Source: Nitrospirota bacterium (GTDB lineage: Bacteria > JACPQY01). From it: 57,046 nt of DNA. Location of the stretch: positions 1 through 57,046 of the forward strand of contig JACPAV010000027.1 in the NCBI GenBank assembly GCA_016180645.1, read 5' to 3'. The translations under genes and the position numbers were made by a program. Shown here piece by piece: positions 16,101 through 26,887 of this stretch. The notes below the pieces were generated by a model, which made no database searches, had not been told where the DNA came from, and saw nothing but the letters and a program-made list of their open reading frames with translations. Each line of letters opens with the position of its first letter. The first letter of the stretch is position 1.

Positions 16101-18989
16101 TCACGCCTGGAGATAACGGCGCACGGTGGAGAGAAGCCGGTTGCCCTCCAACGGCTTGAAGATGTACTCATTCACCCCGGCCTCGAACCCCGCGGCGACA
16201 TCCTGGTCCTGCTTGCGCGAACTCACCACGAGGATGGGCACCTCGCGGTAGCCGGGCAGCGAACGAACGTGCCGGGCGAACTCGATGCCGTCCATCCGCG
16301 GCATCATGATGTCCGTCACGATGAGGTCGAACCGCTCGGACTGCACCTTCTCCCACCCGTCAAGCCCGTCCTCCGCCATGAACAGTTGGACCTGCGCGCG
16401 TTCGAACAACTTTTCATACATCTTCCGGAGGACCGCCGAGTCGTCCACGACCAGGACCCGCGCCCGGCCCGCAGTCACGGCAGGGGTCGGAGGCGCTCCG
16501 GTCCGTTCGATCCCCGGCCCGCCGATCGCCGCTCCCTGGCTTGCCGCGTCGATAATCGATTGGATATTGAGAATCGGGACCACCCGCCCATCGCCCAGAA
16601 TGGTTCCCCCGCTCAGGTGCTTCACCTTGAGGAGCACGTCGCCCAACGACTTGATGACGATCTCCTGCTTGCCCCGAATCCGATCCACGATCAATCCGAT
16701 CCGGCTTTCCGCGGAGCCGGCCACGATCACGGGACGCTGGCGCCCATTGGACGGGGCCGGCCCGGAGGGGAGGGCGAGGACCGATTCCAGGCGGACCACA
16801 GGCAGCACGCGGTCGCGCAGGTGGATGACCTCCCTTTTCCCCACCCCTTTCACATTCTGCTCGGTGATCCCGATCGCCTCCTCCACGGAACTCAAGGGCA
16901 ATGCGTAGGTCTGTTCGGCCACGCCCACGAGGAGGGCGTTGATGATGGCCATCGTAAGCGGCAATTTGAGCGTGAAACAGGTTCCCTCACCCGGCTCCGT
17001 ATCGATATCGATCGTCCCGTTGAGCTTCGCAATGTTGAACTTGACGACGTCCATCCCCACGCCTCTCCCTGAAACGGCCGTCACCTCCTCTTTGCTCGAG
17101 AATCCGGGAAGGAAGATCAGGTTGAGGGCGGCGAATCGGTCCAAATGATCCGCCTGCTCCCGGGTGAGAAGCCCCTTGCGCACGGCGACTTCCCCCAACT
17201 TCGTGGGCTCCAATCCCCGCCCGTCATCCTCCACCTCAATGATGATGTGGTCTCCCTCATGAAACGCATTGAGGCGAATCGTTCCGATGGCGGGCTTACC
17301 CGATCTTTCCCGTTCCGCGGCGGACTCGATCCCGTGGTCGATGGCGTTGCGGACAAGGTGGAGGAGCGGATCGCTGATTTCTTCCACAATATTCTTGTCC
17401 AGCTCCGTTTCCTCACCACGAATTTCGATCACCACCTCCTTTTGCATGCTCCTTGAGAGATCGCGGACGAGGCGGGGAAACTTCCCGAATACCGTTTGGA
17501 TGGGAACCATCCGAAGACCCATCAAACCCTCTTGCAGTTCGCCGATGACGCGCCCGAGGACTTCATTGGTGCGGCCGATGTCGTCCCGCAATTCGCCCGG
17601 CGCCAATTCTCCTGGATCGTCGCTCTCAAGAAGCCTTCTCAGCTCGGCCATCAGGCGGCGCGCCTGCGCCTGTGATCGTGAGCCCAAGGCCCCGTGGTGT
17701 ACGCCCTCCCGGTCTGGTCCATTCACCACCGGCGCGGCTTGGCCGTTCGACTCGGGCAGGCGCGGCAAAACGTCCGACGCCATTCGCTCCCTGTCCATGG
17801 ACACGGACGAGGCAATCTTCTCCACCACGGCGTTCGCCCACCCCATGCGCTCCAACAGCCGCAAGGCCACCGACACCTGCCGATCCAGCCGGCTCTTGTT
17901 GATGACGATCTCGCCCATGAGGTTCATGACTCGGTCCAACTTCTGAACGTCCACGCGGAGGCTCCTCATGCCTGCCGCAGCGGGCGCCGGCGTCCCATGC
18001 GCATCCCGCAAGCGTTCACCCCCACCCGCCACCGAATCGGCGGGCAGGCCCTGACCCTCCCCTTTCGAGGGGGAGGGGGTAGGCGCAGGCTTTACGCCTG
18101 CGTCTGAAGACGCACCCATAAAGGGTGCGGCTACCATCCCTTCCCCCATTGCCCGCCGCGGCGAACCGGCGGTCACGCCTTCGAGACGGAGGGCCAAATG
18201 GGAAAGATCCCTCTCCACGTGCCGCCCCTGGGCAAGGTTCGCAAGGTTCATTCGGAGTCCGTCCAGACAGGCCAGCATTCCGTCGGTTACCCTGGGCGTG
18301 ACCGCAAGCTTTCCCGATCGCGCTCGCTCGAAAACGTTCTCCATTTTGTGGGCCAATTCGCCGGTCTTCCGCATTCCCACGGTGAACGAATTGCCCTTCA
18401 TCGAATGTGCAATCCGGAAGATGCCGTTGATCAGCTCGTGATCCTCCGGCTGTTGCTCCAAGGTCATGAGCTGTAGCTCCAACTGCCCCAGGAGCTCCTG
18501 ACTTTCCTCCACGTAGGCGTCCACGAGATTGGCATCCAATCGAACGGGGATCTCCTCGGTCGAAGGCGCTTCGGCGCCGGGCGGCGTTCCCTCGGCGGGA
18601 GACGGCATGCCCTCCACGGCGGGCGGCGTCGCGGCGGGAGGCGCGGTGGCTGCCGCGCGGTACTGCGAGACGAATGAGTCGACTCGCTCGTCGGCGGGGC
18701 TGGGAATCGCCTCACTCATCTTTTCCAGAAGTTCCAGAACGAGATCCACGGATTTCTTCACGCGGTCCAAGGTCGGCGGGCTGACCGGAACGCCGCGCGC
18801 CGCCACCTCTTCAACCAACTCCTGAACCTTCCTGCCCAGCTTGCGCGCCCCCTCGTTCCGAATCATGCCGGCGTTCACTTGGATCACGCGGCTCGACTCG
18901 ACCAACTTGGACACGGTATCGGGCAGGCGACCTTCCACTGCCACTCCAAGCATTTCCAGGTTCTCGAGAATCGACTTTGCCGAGGCCAT
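16101..18989 (-). CDS. cheA: Hybrid CheA (pseudo-Hpt, Hpt, dimerisation, HATPase, CheW, REC)
   Basis: FRIAHSMKG, HLVRNAIDHG, DDGRG, SGRGVGMDVV, C-terminal REC (TDIMMP); start taken at MASAKS. Confidence 0.93.
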   Translation of the reverse strand: MASAKSILENLEMLGVAVEGRLPDTVSKLVESSRVIQVNAGMIRNEGARKLGRKVQELVEEVAARGVPVSPPTLDRVKKSVDLVLELLEKMSEAIPSPADERVDSFVSQYRAAATAPPAATPPAVEGMPSPAEGTPPGAEAPSTEEIPVRLDANLVDAYVEESQELLGQLELQLMTLEQQPEDHELINGIFRIAHSMKGNSFTVGMRKTGELAHKMENVFERARSGKLAVTPRVTDGMLACLDGLRMNLANLAQGRHVERDLSHLALRLEGVTAGSPRRAMGEGMVAAPFMGASSDAGVKPAPTPSPSKGEGQGLPADSVAGGGERLRDAHGTPAPAAAGMRSLRVDVQKLDRVMNLMGEIVINKSRLDRQVSVALRLLERMGWANAVVEKIASSVSMDRERMASDVLPRLPESNGQAAPVVNGPDREGVHHGALGSRSQAQARRLMAELRRLLESDDPGELAPGELRDDIGRTNEVLGRVIGELQEGLMGLRMVPIQTVFGKFPRLVRDLSRSMQKEVVIEIRGEETELDKNIVEEISDPLLHLVRNAIDHGIESAAERERSGKPAIGTIRLNAFHEGDHIIIEVEDDGRGLEPTKLGEVAVRKGLLTREQADHLDRFAALNLIFLPGFSSKEEVTAVSGRGVGMDVVKFNIAKLNGTIDIDTEPGEGTCFTLKLPLTMAIINALLVGVAEQTYALPLSSVEEAIGITEQNVKGVGKREVIHLRDRVLPVVRLESVLALPSGPAPSNGRQRPVIVAGSAESRIGLIVDRIRGKQEIVIKSLGDVLLKVKHLSGGTILGDGRVVPILNIQSIIDAASQGAAIGGPGIERTGAPPTPAVTAGRARVLVVDDSAVLRKMYEKLFERAQVQLFMAEDGLDGWEKVQSERFDLIVTDIMMPRMDGIEFARHVRSLPGYREVPILVVSSRKQDQDVAAGFEAGVNEYIFKPLEGNRLLSTVRRYLQA
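18016..18135. repeat. Two adjacent palindromic elements in frame in the cheA linker
   Basis: 18016-18077 matches the acnA element; 18078-18135 is an inverted copy of the REP doublet at 63-190. Confidence 0.85.
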
Positions 18990-19033
18990 CGCTTCGTCTC
19001 TGAAAACGCAGGTCGTCGCCCAGTCCATGCGGC

Positions 19034-19879
19034 TCAGGAAGCTCGGCGCTCCCGGCGGAAGACCCGGATCCCATGGACCTCGCTTCGTTCGAGCCCGCAC
19101 CCGAGATCCACCGTTTCGGCGTCCGACACCATGAGGGCGCCTCCCGGCGGAAGCACCTCGGCCAGCCGCCGCCAAAGCTGTTTCCGCGCCGATTCCGTCA
19201 TGTAAAGGGATACGTGCCTGCAGAAGATGATTTCCCGGTCCCGGGGAAACGGATCGCACGCCAGGTTCAGCCGGCGGAATTGAACGTGGGTCCGAAGCCC
19301 GTCGCGCACTCGCCAATCCCCAACCCCTGCCGCCGGAATGAAATAACGGTCACGGATCTCCCTGGGGCAGTCCCTGAAATGATCCGCGCCGTAGATTCCC
19401 TTTCGACCGACCTCCAGTGCGGCCTCACAAATGTCGGTGCCGAGAACATCGATCCGGCTGTTCACACGATTTCCAAGCGCCTCCGCCGCCGCCATGGCCA
19501 TCGAATAGGCTTCATCTCCCGTGGAACAGCCTGCACTCCAGAGCCGAATAGGGTCGGTGTCCGTCCGCGTCCCCGCTTGTTGAAGGATCCCACCGAGCGC
19601 CCTGAAGTGGTGCTCCGAGCGAAAGAATCCGGTTTCACCGATGGTAATCGCCTCGATCAGCCGGTGGTACTCCTCCTGTGTGGCGGACAACCGCCCGATT
19701 TGCCCGGACCATCGAGGGCCCGATTCCGCCATCCACCGGCCGAGCCGCCGTTCCAGGCGGCGGCGAACATTCGGCCAATCCTTCAAGGTGATCATGAGAC
19801 CGAATCGCTCCTCGGCGAAGGCACGGATGAACATCTCGGCCGCGGGCTGGACGCGCCCTTCCACGTGGGGATCCGGCAT
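19034..19879 (-). CDS. cheR: Chemotaxis methyltransferase CheR
   Basis: TIGETGFFR, WSAGCSTGDEAYS, IFCRHV. Confidence 0.92.
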   Translation of the reverse strand: MPDPHVEGRVQPAAEMFIRAFAEERFGLMITLKDWPNVRRRLERRLGRWMAESGPRWSGQIGRLSATQEEYHRLIEAITIGETGFFRSEHHFRALGGILQQAGTRTDTDPIRLWSAGCSTGDEAYSMAMAAAEALGNRVNSRIDVLGTDICEAALEVGRKGIYGADHFRDCPREIRDRYFIPAAGVGDWRVRDGLRTHVQFRRLNLACDPFPRDREIIFCRHVSLYMTESARKQLWRRLAEVLPPGGALMVSDAETVDLGCGLERSEVHGIRVFRRERRAS

Positions 19880-19888
19880 CGGGGGCGC

Positions 19889-20329
19889 CTATGCCTCCTG
19901 GAGCGCCTTCATCTGCGGAGATTCCAGAATGCGGGCAAGGTCGAGGTAGACGAGCGGATGATCCCCCATCTGTTTCACGCCCTTCATGAACTCGGCCTCC
20001 GCGCGCCCGAGCATGGCCGGGGGAGATTCGAGCTCGGACAATTCCAGAGCACGCACCTGCGAGATGTGATCTGCGAGCGCGCCGAGCGCCTTGTTGCGAA
20101 GGGAAAGAATCATGATTTTTCCCCCGTTGACAACCGCCGTTTCGGGAAGATCGAAGAACCTCCTCAGATCGATGACGGCGATGATCTGCCCTCGGAGATT
20201 GATGACCCCCAGAACAAAAGCCGGGGTATGCGGGATGTGAGTAATGGGGACCAGATCGAGAACTTCCCGAACCTGCGTCACGTCGGTCGCATACTCCTGA
20301 CCGCCCAGGTGAAAACAGAGAACTTTCAC
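19889..20329 (-). CDS. cheW: CheW
   Basis: VREV..IPHTP..GVINLRGQII. Confidence 0.92.
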   Translation of the reverse strand: MKVLCFHLGGQEYATDVTQVREVLDLVPITHIPHTPAFVLGVINLRGQIIAVIDLRRFFDLPETAVVNGGKIMILSLRNKALGALADHISQVRALELSELESPPAMLGRAEAEFMKGVKQMGDHPLVYLDLARILESPQMKALQEA

Positions 20330-20375
20330 GCCGGCTGCGTCCGATGATCGACAGGAGGTTGCAAGAAGGCCCGAC

Positions 20376-22418
20376 TCATACCATCACGTCCGTCCATTGT
20401 GGGACTGCCTCCTTGGCCCCCGCCCCAAGCGCCTCTGGACCACCGCCATTGGACGGAGCCGGCGCGAGCGCCCGCGGCCCCTGGCCGTCCACCTGGAAAT
20501 GGCTGATGGCCGTTTCCAATTTCAGCATGTCGTCTTGGAGCGATTTCGTCTGATTGAGGGTCGACTGGCTGACCTTGACCGTTTCCTCAGCGGCGGATAC
20601 GATGTTGTCCATCCTCTTCGCAACCTGGTTGGCAGAGCTGGTTTGGAGGGTCGTCGCCTTGGATATGTCCTCAATCGCGGAATTGATCGACGTGACGCCC
20701 CCCACAATCTCCTCAAGAATGCCCACAGCCGAGCGGACCACCTGCGTCCCCTTCTCCACCTCCTGGCTCCCCAGCCGCATGGCCCTGACGCTCTCATCCG
20801 TGTCGACCTGAACCTGCTCAATCAGGTTCGATATTTCCTCGGTGGATTTCGCGGCGCGCTCGGCGAGATTGCTGACTTGGTCCGCCACCACGGCGAATCC
20901 CTTCCCTTGCTCGCCCGCGCGGGCCGCCTCGATGGCGGCATTGAGGGACAGCAGGTTCGTCTGCTCCGCGATCCCCGAAATGACTTCCACGATCTTCCCT
21001 ATTTCTTTTCCCCGCCGGCCGAGCTCTTCGATGCGCGAAGCCGTATCCTCCACGGCCCGTTTGATTTGAAGCATCGCTTCCTCCATCTGATGCATGGATT
21101 TCCCTCCGAGGCTGGCCTTCTCATGGGTATCCCTCGTGATCTTTACGGCTCCCTCGACCGTGCGGTTGATGAGCTGGATGGACGAAGATAATTCCGCCAC
21201 CGCCTGGGCCACCTCCCCCGCCTGAGAGTTCTGGCCGCTCGCCGCCATGCTGACCTGCTCCGAGGCCGAGACGATATCCTTGATGACCGTGCCGACCAGC
21301 GCTGCCGTCTTGGAAACCCGGCCGATCAGCGCGCTGAGGTTGGTCAGGAGATCGTTGATGCCCCGACTGAGTTGACCCATTTCGTCCTCGGATTCAATTT
21401 GAACCCGCTGCGTCAGGTCACCCTCCCCCACGGCCTGCACGCGCTCCAATACGTGATTCACCGCCGCCTGAAGGTATTCGCTCCGCTCCCGCTCCCGCTC
21501 CAGGTTCAGGCCGATCTGCTCGACCATGTCGTTCAGGCTTCGGGCCAGGATGGAGAACTCATCCGATCCCCGTGCCTCTACCCGCTTGGCCAGGTCACCC
21601 TGCCGGATGGAAAAAGCGGCATCCGTAAGGTCCTGCACGGGCCGCACGATCATCTTCCTCAGGAGGGAAACGCAGACGACGGCCAGGACGAGTGTCGCGA
21701 GCAGCAGCACCAGCACGATGATGCCGATCGAAGACATCGTTCCCACGCGGTCCCGATCGTTGGCCTGGATGGTTTCCTGCAGGGTGTCGGTCAGTTCCTT
21801 CCTAAACGCGGCCAGGATCTCGGTCGATTTGGAATCGAACACGGCGAAGTCCCGCTCGATCTTGCCTGAGAGTTCGGACGCCTCCTGTTGGGAGCTTTGC
21901 AGTCGGGCGGTCTTCTCCGCGCCAAGCCGGCCCTTGAACGCCTGCTCGGCGGAAAGGGCTGCGATCTCCTCTTGGGCCGTTCCAAGCCGGCTGATCTGTG
22001 CCAGGAGTTCGTCGCTCAGGTCGTGGGCCTCCCGGACAATCTCCGCCGCCCGCGAAGCGTAACGGGCGGGCAGACCTTTCGGAACGAGACCCTCGGTTTC
22101 AGAAAGGGCCGAGGCCGTGGCATCTCGGAGTTCTTGGAGGTGACCCATCAGGTGCCCCGCGGGGTTCAGCCTCTGGGCCTCCACCATCGTTTTTTCCAGT
22201 TTCAGGGCCGCTTCCACCCGACCCAGCGCGTCCACGGCGGGCCGTTGGACCGAGACGACGTTGGTGAGGTCCGATTTCAGCTTGAGGATTCCCATGTAGG
22301 TCGTAATGCCCATCACCAGCGCGAGCATCCCCAGGGCCCCGAAGGCGAGGACCAGCTTCTTCCCCACCGTAAATCCGCTGATTTGCCACTCGCCTATGTC
22401 TGTTTGAGTCACCGGCAT
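20376..22418 (-). CDS. Methyl-accepting chemotaxis protein (2 TM, 2 HAMP)
   Basis: [30 protein letters not shown] hairpin tip. Confidence 0.95.
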   Translation of the reverse strand: MPVTQTDIGEWQISGFTVGKKLVLAFGALGMLALVMGITTYMGILKLKSDLTNVVSVQRPAVDALGRVEAALKLEKTMVEAQRLNPAGHLMGHLQELRDATASALSETEGLVPKGLPARYASRAAEIVREAHDLSDELLAQISRLGTAQEEIAALSAEQAFKGRLGAEKTARLQSSQQEASELSGKIERDFAVFDSKSTEILAAFRKELTDTLQETIQANDRDRVGTMSSIGIIVLVLLLATLVLAVVCVSLLRKMIVRPVQDLTDAAFSIRQGDLAKRVEARGSDEFSILARSLNDMVEQIGLNLERERERSEYLQAAVNHVLERVQAVGEGDLTQRVQIESEDEMGQLSRGINDLLTNLSALIGRVSKTAALVGTVIKDIVSASEQVSMAASGQNSQAGEVAQAVAELSSSIQLINRTVEGAVKITRDTHEKASLGGKSMHQMEEAMLQIKRAVEDTASRIEELGRRGKEIGKIVEVISGIAEQTNLLSLNAAIEAARAGEQGKGFAVVADQVSNLAERAAKSTEEISNLIEQVQVDTDESVRAMRLGSQEVEKGTQVVRSAVGILEEIVGGVTSINSAIEDISKATTLQTSSANQVAKRMDNIVSAAEETVKVSQSTLNQTKSLQDDMLKLETAISHFQVDGQGPRALAPAPSNGGGPEALGAGAKEAVPQWTDVMV

Positions 22419-22444
22419 GGATACCTCCCTTTGGTCCGCATTCG

Positions 22445-24220
22445 CTATTTCACGCTTCTCACCACGTAGGCCTGGACCTTCTCCGATTTTCCCTTCAAGG
22501 TAAGCGGAGGCACCTCGTCCACCTCCACTTCCGAACGGACCTCGTCAAGCGTGGCTTGGCTGATGAGCACGCCGCCGTGGGGGGCGGCCGATTCGAGCCG
22601 CTGCGCGAGGTTCACATTGTCGCCGATCACGGTGAAATCCCGTCTCAAGAAACGGCTGCCGATATCGCCCTGAATGACCACGCCTGTGTTGATCCCCACG
22701 CGCATGTTGAACGGCGTGGCCCGGCCCTTGTTGAAGTCCTGGAGCGCCGCCTGCATGGTGAATCCGCTCCGAACCGCCCGAAGCGCTCCGGACGCTTCCG
22801 AACTCTCCTCAAAAACAGCCATGATCGCGTCGCCGATAAATTTGTCCACGATGGCATCGTGCTCCCGCAAGATTTTCGTCAGGAGATCGAAATAGTCGTT
22901 GAGGAGGTCGACGACTTCCCGGGGCTTGAGCCTCTCGCAGGTGGGAGTGAACCCGCAGATGTCGCTGAAGAGGATCGTCAACTTTTTCTCATCGGCCCGC
23001 AGGGCCATCGGAGAGGATTTCTGCGCGGCCACCTCTTCGGCCTGCTTTAGGGCCGCCTCCGAAAGGTAATGCTTCATCGCCTCCTTCTCGCGCTGAAGCC
23101 GACGTTCGGCGAGGAGCCGCTCCACGATCACGAGAAGTTTGTCCACCTGGAAAGGTTTGGTGATGAAGCCGGCCAGACCCGCCCGCGTGGCGCGGCTGAG
23201 TTCGGCCTTGCTGTCGCGCGCCGTCATCATGACTACCGAGATGGCCTTCGTCTCCTCTTTCTCCTTGAGACGGGCCGCGAGTTCGAGTCCGTCCATCCCC
23301 GGCATGTTGAAATCCGTGACCAACACGTCCGGCTTGAAGGAGAGACACTTCTCGTACCCTTCGCGGCCGTCGCGCGCGATATCCACGGTGAAGCCCTGTT
23401 GCGCGAGGCCAATCCGCACCATCCCGCGAATCAGATCGGCATCGTCGACGACCAGAATCCGTTCCCGACCCCGGAGCTTCATGGATTCGAAGTATCGCCG
23501 GACGAGGTCGAGGAGTTCCGCCTTGTCGAGCGGCTTGGTGAGATAGTCGTTCGCGCCGGCCTCGAAGCCCTTCTCCACGTCGATGCCGCCCGAGAGGGAC
23601 GAACAAATGATGACCGGCATGAACTCCAGGGTCGTTTCCGTCTTGATCTTCTGGCACAGTTGATAGCCTGTCATCTTGGGCATCTCGATGTCCGTGATGA
23701 CGAGGTCCGGCCTGAACTGCCGGACCATCCGGACGCCCTCCTCGCCGTCGTATCCGTGGAGGACGTGATACCCGGCGGAGGACAGAACATCTCCCAGATC
23801 CTTGTGGATGACGCGACTGTCGTCCACGAGGAGGATGGAGCGCCCGTGAGCGAAGATGGTCTCAACGAGAAGCGAAAGCTGTTCGGCCTCGAAGGGAATT
23901 CGGATGAGATACCGGATTCCGGCCTCGCTGCACCGCTCCCCCAAATCTTCGCCCGCGACCATCACCACGGGCAGTTCTTGGAATCCGTTCATCTTCCGGA
24001 TCGAATGGAAGAGCTTGAAGCCGTCTTTCGTATGAAACTGGTCCTGGAGCATCACGAGGTCCGGGCGATATTCGGAAATACGGAGGAGCATTTCGTCGCC
24101 ATCCTCCGGGACGGCGATCTGATAGCCCTTTGGCTTGAGCGCATTCTCGATAAGGGCAGCCATGGCCCGACTGCCCATACCCAGCATGACTCTCCGCCCT
24201 GCCTCCGCCCCTGCATTCAT
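22445..24220 (-). CDS. Class III adenylate cyclase with three REC domains
   Basis: [35 protein letters not shown]; first REC has Gln at the phospho-Asp position. Confidence 0.92.
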   Translation of the reverse strand: MNAGAEAGRRVMLGMGSRAMAALIENALKPKGYQIAVPEDGDEMLLRISEYRPDLVMLQDQFHTKDGFKLFHSIRKMNGFQELPVVMVAGEDLGERCSEAGIRYLIRIPFEAEQLSLLVETIFAHGRSILLVDDSRVIHKDLGDVLSSAGYHVLHGYDGEEGVRMVRQFRPDLVITDIEMPKMTGYQLCQKIKTETTLEFMPVIICSSLSGGIDVEKGFEAGANDYLTKPLDKAELLDLVRRYFESMKLRGRERILVVDDADLIRGMVRIGLAQQGFTVDIARDGREGYEKCLSFKPDVLVTDFNMPGMDGLELAARLKEKEETKAISVVMMTARDSKAELSRATRAGLAGFITKPFQVDKLLVIVERLLAERRLQREKEAMKHYLSEAALKQAEEVAAQKSSPMALRADEKKLTILFSDICGFTPTCERLKPREVVDLLNDYFDLLTKILREHDAIVDKFIGDAIMAVFEESSEASGALRAVRSGFTMQAALQDFNKGRATPFNMRVGINTGVVIQGDIGSRFLRRDFTVIGDNVNLAQRLESAAPHGGVLISQATLDEVRSEVEVDEVPPLTLKGKSEKVQAYVVRSVK

Positions 24221-24236
24221 GACTTGCGTGGTCCAG

Positions 24237-24265
24237 ATTATAGGAAGTGGAAAAACCGCTGTCAA
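24237..24265 (-). promoter_or_regulatory. Consensus sigma70 promoter of the chemosensory operon
   Basis: Exact TTGACA-17 nt-TATAAT. Confidence 0.85.
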
Positions 24266-24324
24266 CACGCAAGGTTGCGCTAGACCCAGGATCGCGAAAG
24301 TCCAGGGCCGGGGTGTTTTTCGGG

Positions 24325-25260
24325 TTAGGGTGTCAGAAGAAAATCACGCATCGCGGGATTGACTTGGTCGGGGTCCTCTTCGTGAGGCGAATGGCCGGCG
24401 TTGTCCACTACCAACATTCGTGAATTGGGGAGGAGGACGTTGAGCTTCTCGCCCAAGGCAAGCGGCACGGCCCGATCCTGCCTCCCCCACACGATCAGAA
24501 CCGGTTTCCGATGGCCGGCCAGCGTGTTCACCGTTTCGGTCAGCCCGCCGAAATCCATCTTTCGAAGGATGCCCAGAATCGATTCGCTCGACCCCTTGAT
24601 GCTCATCGGAGCGATCACGGCATCGACGTAGTCGTCCGTCACTTTGTTTTGATCGTAGAACCAGAAATCCTGGATGTTTCGACGGAACAAGGCCCGGCCC
24701 GGGAGCGCAACCAGGAACTCTCCCAGTTTCGGCGCCCCGAACGCCTTGGCGGTCAGCGGCAACGGGTTGGGCAGTCCCGCTGCATCGACCAGCACAAGCT
24801 TGTTCACCCGCTCGGGCCACTGAGCCGCCACCATCATGGCGGTGCCGCCTCCCATCGATTGCCCGATGAGATGTGCGGACGGGATACCCATGGCGTCCAT
24901 GAAATCCAAAACCTGTTGCGCGTAGATACCGTAGGAATACGGCGCGCCAGGGATACGCGTGCTGTAGCCCCACCCATAAAGGTCAACCGCCAGCGTGCGA
25001 AACGACGTGGCCAGCGCTTCCTGCGTCCCCCGCCACATGACGGTATGAAAGAGAAATCCATGGATCAGGATGATGGGCTCCCCCTGCCCCTTCTCGATGA
25101 AATGCGTGCGGAACTCTCCCGATTGGACGAACGATCCCGGCGCCAGAGATTGCACACGATCCCACGGCACGGTGTCGCGCGGCCGGAATTTCGGAAGCGC
25201 AAACACGGCGCCCGCGATGACAATGACGACCAAGAAGAACCCGATCCAGCCCAGTTTCAT
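24325..25260 (-). CDS. Alpha/beta hydrolase with N-terminal membrane anchor
   Basis: IHGF, GQSMGG, WGRQD, GHSPHEE; GGAGG RBS. Confidence 0.88.
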   Translation of the reverse strand: MKLGWIGFFLVVIVIAGAVFALPKFRPRDTVPWDRVQSLAPGSFVQSGEFRTHFIEKGQGEPIILIHGFLFHTVMWRGTQEALATSFRTLAVDLYGWGYSTRIPGAPYSYGIYAQQVLDFMDAMGIPSAHLIGQSMGGGTAMMVAAQWPERVNKLVLVDAAGLPNPLPLTAKAFGAPKLGEFLVALPGRALFRRNIQDFWFYDQNKVTDDYVDAVIAPMSIKGSSESILGILRKMDFGGLTETVNTLAGHRKPVLIVWGRQDRAVPLALGEKLNVLLPNSRMLVVDNAGHSPHEEDPDQVNPAMRDFLLTP

Positions 25261-25285
25261 GCACACCTCCCCGGAAGTCGCGCCG

Positions 25286-26170
25286 TCAGCCTCCACTCGA
25301 TGAAAGACCATTCAATTCGTCGACCACCGCGAAAAGATCGCCGATCGAATAGAAGTCGACCGTCACAAAATTCGGCCGCCGACCACTTTCGCCCCAGCAC
25401 TGTTTCGCGCGATCGATCAACAACGGATTGAAGTTGACCTGCTCGGCCAGGGACGGATGGGCGATGGGACTCGTCAGAAAATGGTTCATTATGAAGAGCG
25501 AGTTTTCCGGCCTTCCCCGGTTGATCTTGCAGGTGAACTCCCCCGCTGACTCGAAGTGATAGTGGGTTTCCCACGCGTACTCCCACACGTCGTGGTACCA
25601 CGGAAGTGCGCCTCCGTCAAAATCCGTGAAGACGACGAGGCGATCCCCACTGCGGATCATTGCCTCCAAGGTGGGCCACGGGGCGCCGGGAGTCTGTGCG
25701 TGCACATAGCCGAGCAGCCCGCTCTCGACGAACGACGCTTCGATCTCGGCCGCTCCGACATTCGATTCGAAAATGATCGAAAGGATTTCGCTCGGATGGC
25801 GGTCCATGAACGCCCGGATCTCCGCCAGTCCCTCCGCGAGCGACTTTCGGCCGAATTCGCACCGCGCATGACAAAGGTAGGGCTCACCGCGGTACTCGTG
25901 AACGTCCAGCATCATGCCGCGAATCCCGTCCTCGAGCTGGCGGGAGATCCCGTGCTCCTGGTTCGGCCCGATCCAACCGTCATCGGCATTCGACATCGCG
26001 TTGTGGGCGGTAGCATACGAGACCTCATCAAACCGGCGAAAACATAGATCCTTCGACCCGTTGCACGCCGCGGGGTGCTCCTCGCGTGTGCAGCCGCCCA
26101 CCCTCATCGCCGCAAGCACCAGGGCCAGGGCCCAATGAATCCGGCGCAGCGAATACGCGTGGAGGATCAA
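25286..26170 (-). CDS. PI-PLC/PLC-like phosphodiesterase-fold lipoprotein
   Basis: TAHNA, QLEDGIRGMMLD, LCH, MNHF, PNFVTVDFY; lipobox-like GGC; start uncertain. Confidence 0.8.
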   Translation of the reverse strand: MILHAYSLRRIHWALALVLAAMRVGGCTREEHPAACNGSKDLCFRRFDEVSYATAHNAMSNADDGWIGPNQEHGISRQLEDGIRGMMLDVHEYRGEPYLCHARCEFGRKSLAEGLAEIRAFMDRHPSEILSIIFESNVGAAEIEASFVESGLLGYVHAQTPGAPWPTLEAMIRSGDRLVVFTDFDGGALPWYHDVWEYAWETHYHFESAGEFTCKINRGRPENSLFIMNHFLTSPIAHPSLAEQVNFNPLLIDRAKQCWGESGRRPNFVTVDFYSIGDLFAVVDELNGLSSSGG

Positions 26171-26253
26171 GGGGTTGTGGGGTAGCCGATTCGCAGGGAC
26201 AACACGTTCATGTTCCTCTGGGAGCGTACCGATTCTAGAAAGTAGAGGACATC

Positions 26254-26439
26254 GTGACGAACCATGGACTCTCCTTCGCTTGGCAAATCAAAAGATTTCT
26301 CCGCAGACAGGTCGCGCGCCTCGAAGAGATCCGCAACCAAGCCGAAGCCGACCGGATCGAACGCGAGATCAACGCTCACAATCGCCTCGCTTTCTCCGAA
26401 CGCCCCGCGACTTTGCGCTGGGCACGCGCCGGCGCGTAG
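26254..26439 (+). CDS. Small hypothetical helical protein (61 aa)
   Basis: AGAGGA RBS before GTG; charged helical sequence. Confidence 0.4.
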   Translation: MTNHGLSFAWQIKRFLRRQVARLEEIRNQAEADRIEREINAHNRLAFSERPATLRWARAGA

Positions 26440-26843
26440 CTTGCATGACGTTTCCACTCGCCGCCCCGCGAGCGTAGCTCCAAGGGTAGGGCCTGCCCCC
26501 CGGGCACCATCCTCCCCGGGCGTCGCCGACGCTTCGGCGGCCCCTGCTTGACCAACTTTTCTTTTCGCGGTCGTGGCATGGCTTTGATGGCCGCCTCCCG
26601 CACCAGCGCTTGGGACCGCGTCATGCCCTTCTCGACGTAGACCGGCGCCACCGGTCTTCTCGACCTCGCATAGGCCGAGCCCTGACCCCGGTTGTGCTGC
26701 TCGATTCTCGCCTCCACATTCTTTGCAATCCCCGTGTAAAGAGAGTCATCCGCGCACCGCGCGATGTAGACAGACCACTCACGCCGCCCCTGCCTCGATC
26801 GGGCGATCATCACGCGAATCATCCGCAGGTAGTTCCGTTCCAT
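26376..26843 (-). CDS. GIY-YIG nuclease family protein (UPF0213-like)
   Basis: VYIARCADDSLYTG...RIEQHN.G.GS...ALVREAAIK; start uncertain. Confidence 0.85.
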   Translation of the reverse strand: MERNYLRMIRVMIARSRQGRREWSVYIARCADDSLYTGIAKNVEARIEQHNRGQGSAYARSRRPVAPVYVEKGMTRSQALVREAAIKAMPRPRKEKLVKQGPPKRRRRPGRMVPGGQALPLELRSRGGEWKRHASYAPARAQRKVAGRSEKARRL

Positions 26844-26887
26844 ACCGTATCTCGGTTCCAAGGAGTATTGTATCCTTTCGAGGCGTC

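Noticed and set aside
18990-19316. N-terminal extension of CheA in the ORF track
   Set aside because: Overlaps cheR in another frame; the real start is likely 18989.
19073-24283. Long plus-strand ORFs antisense to the che genes
   Set aside because: Typical GC-rich antisense shadows with no motifs.
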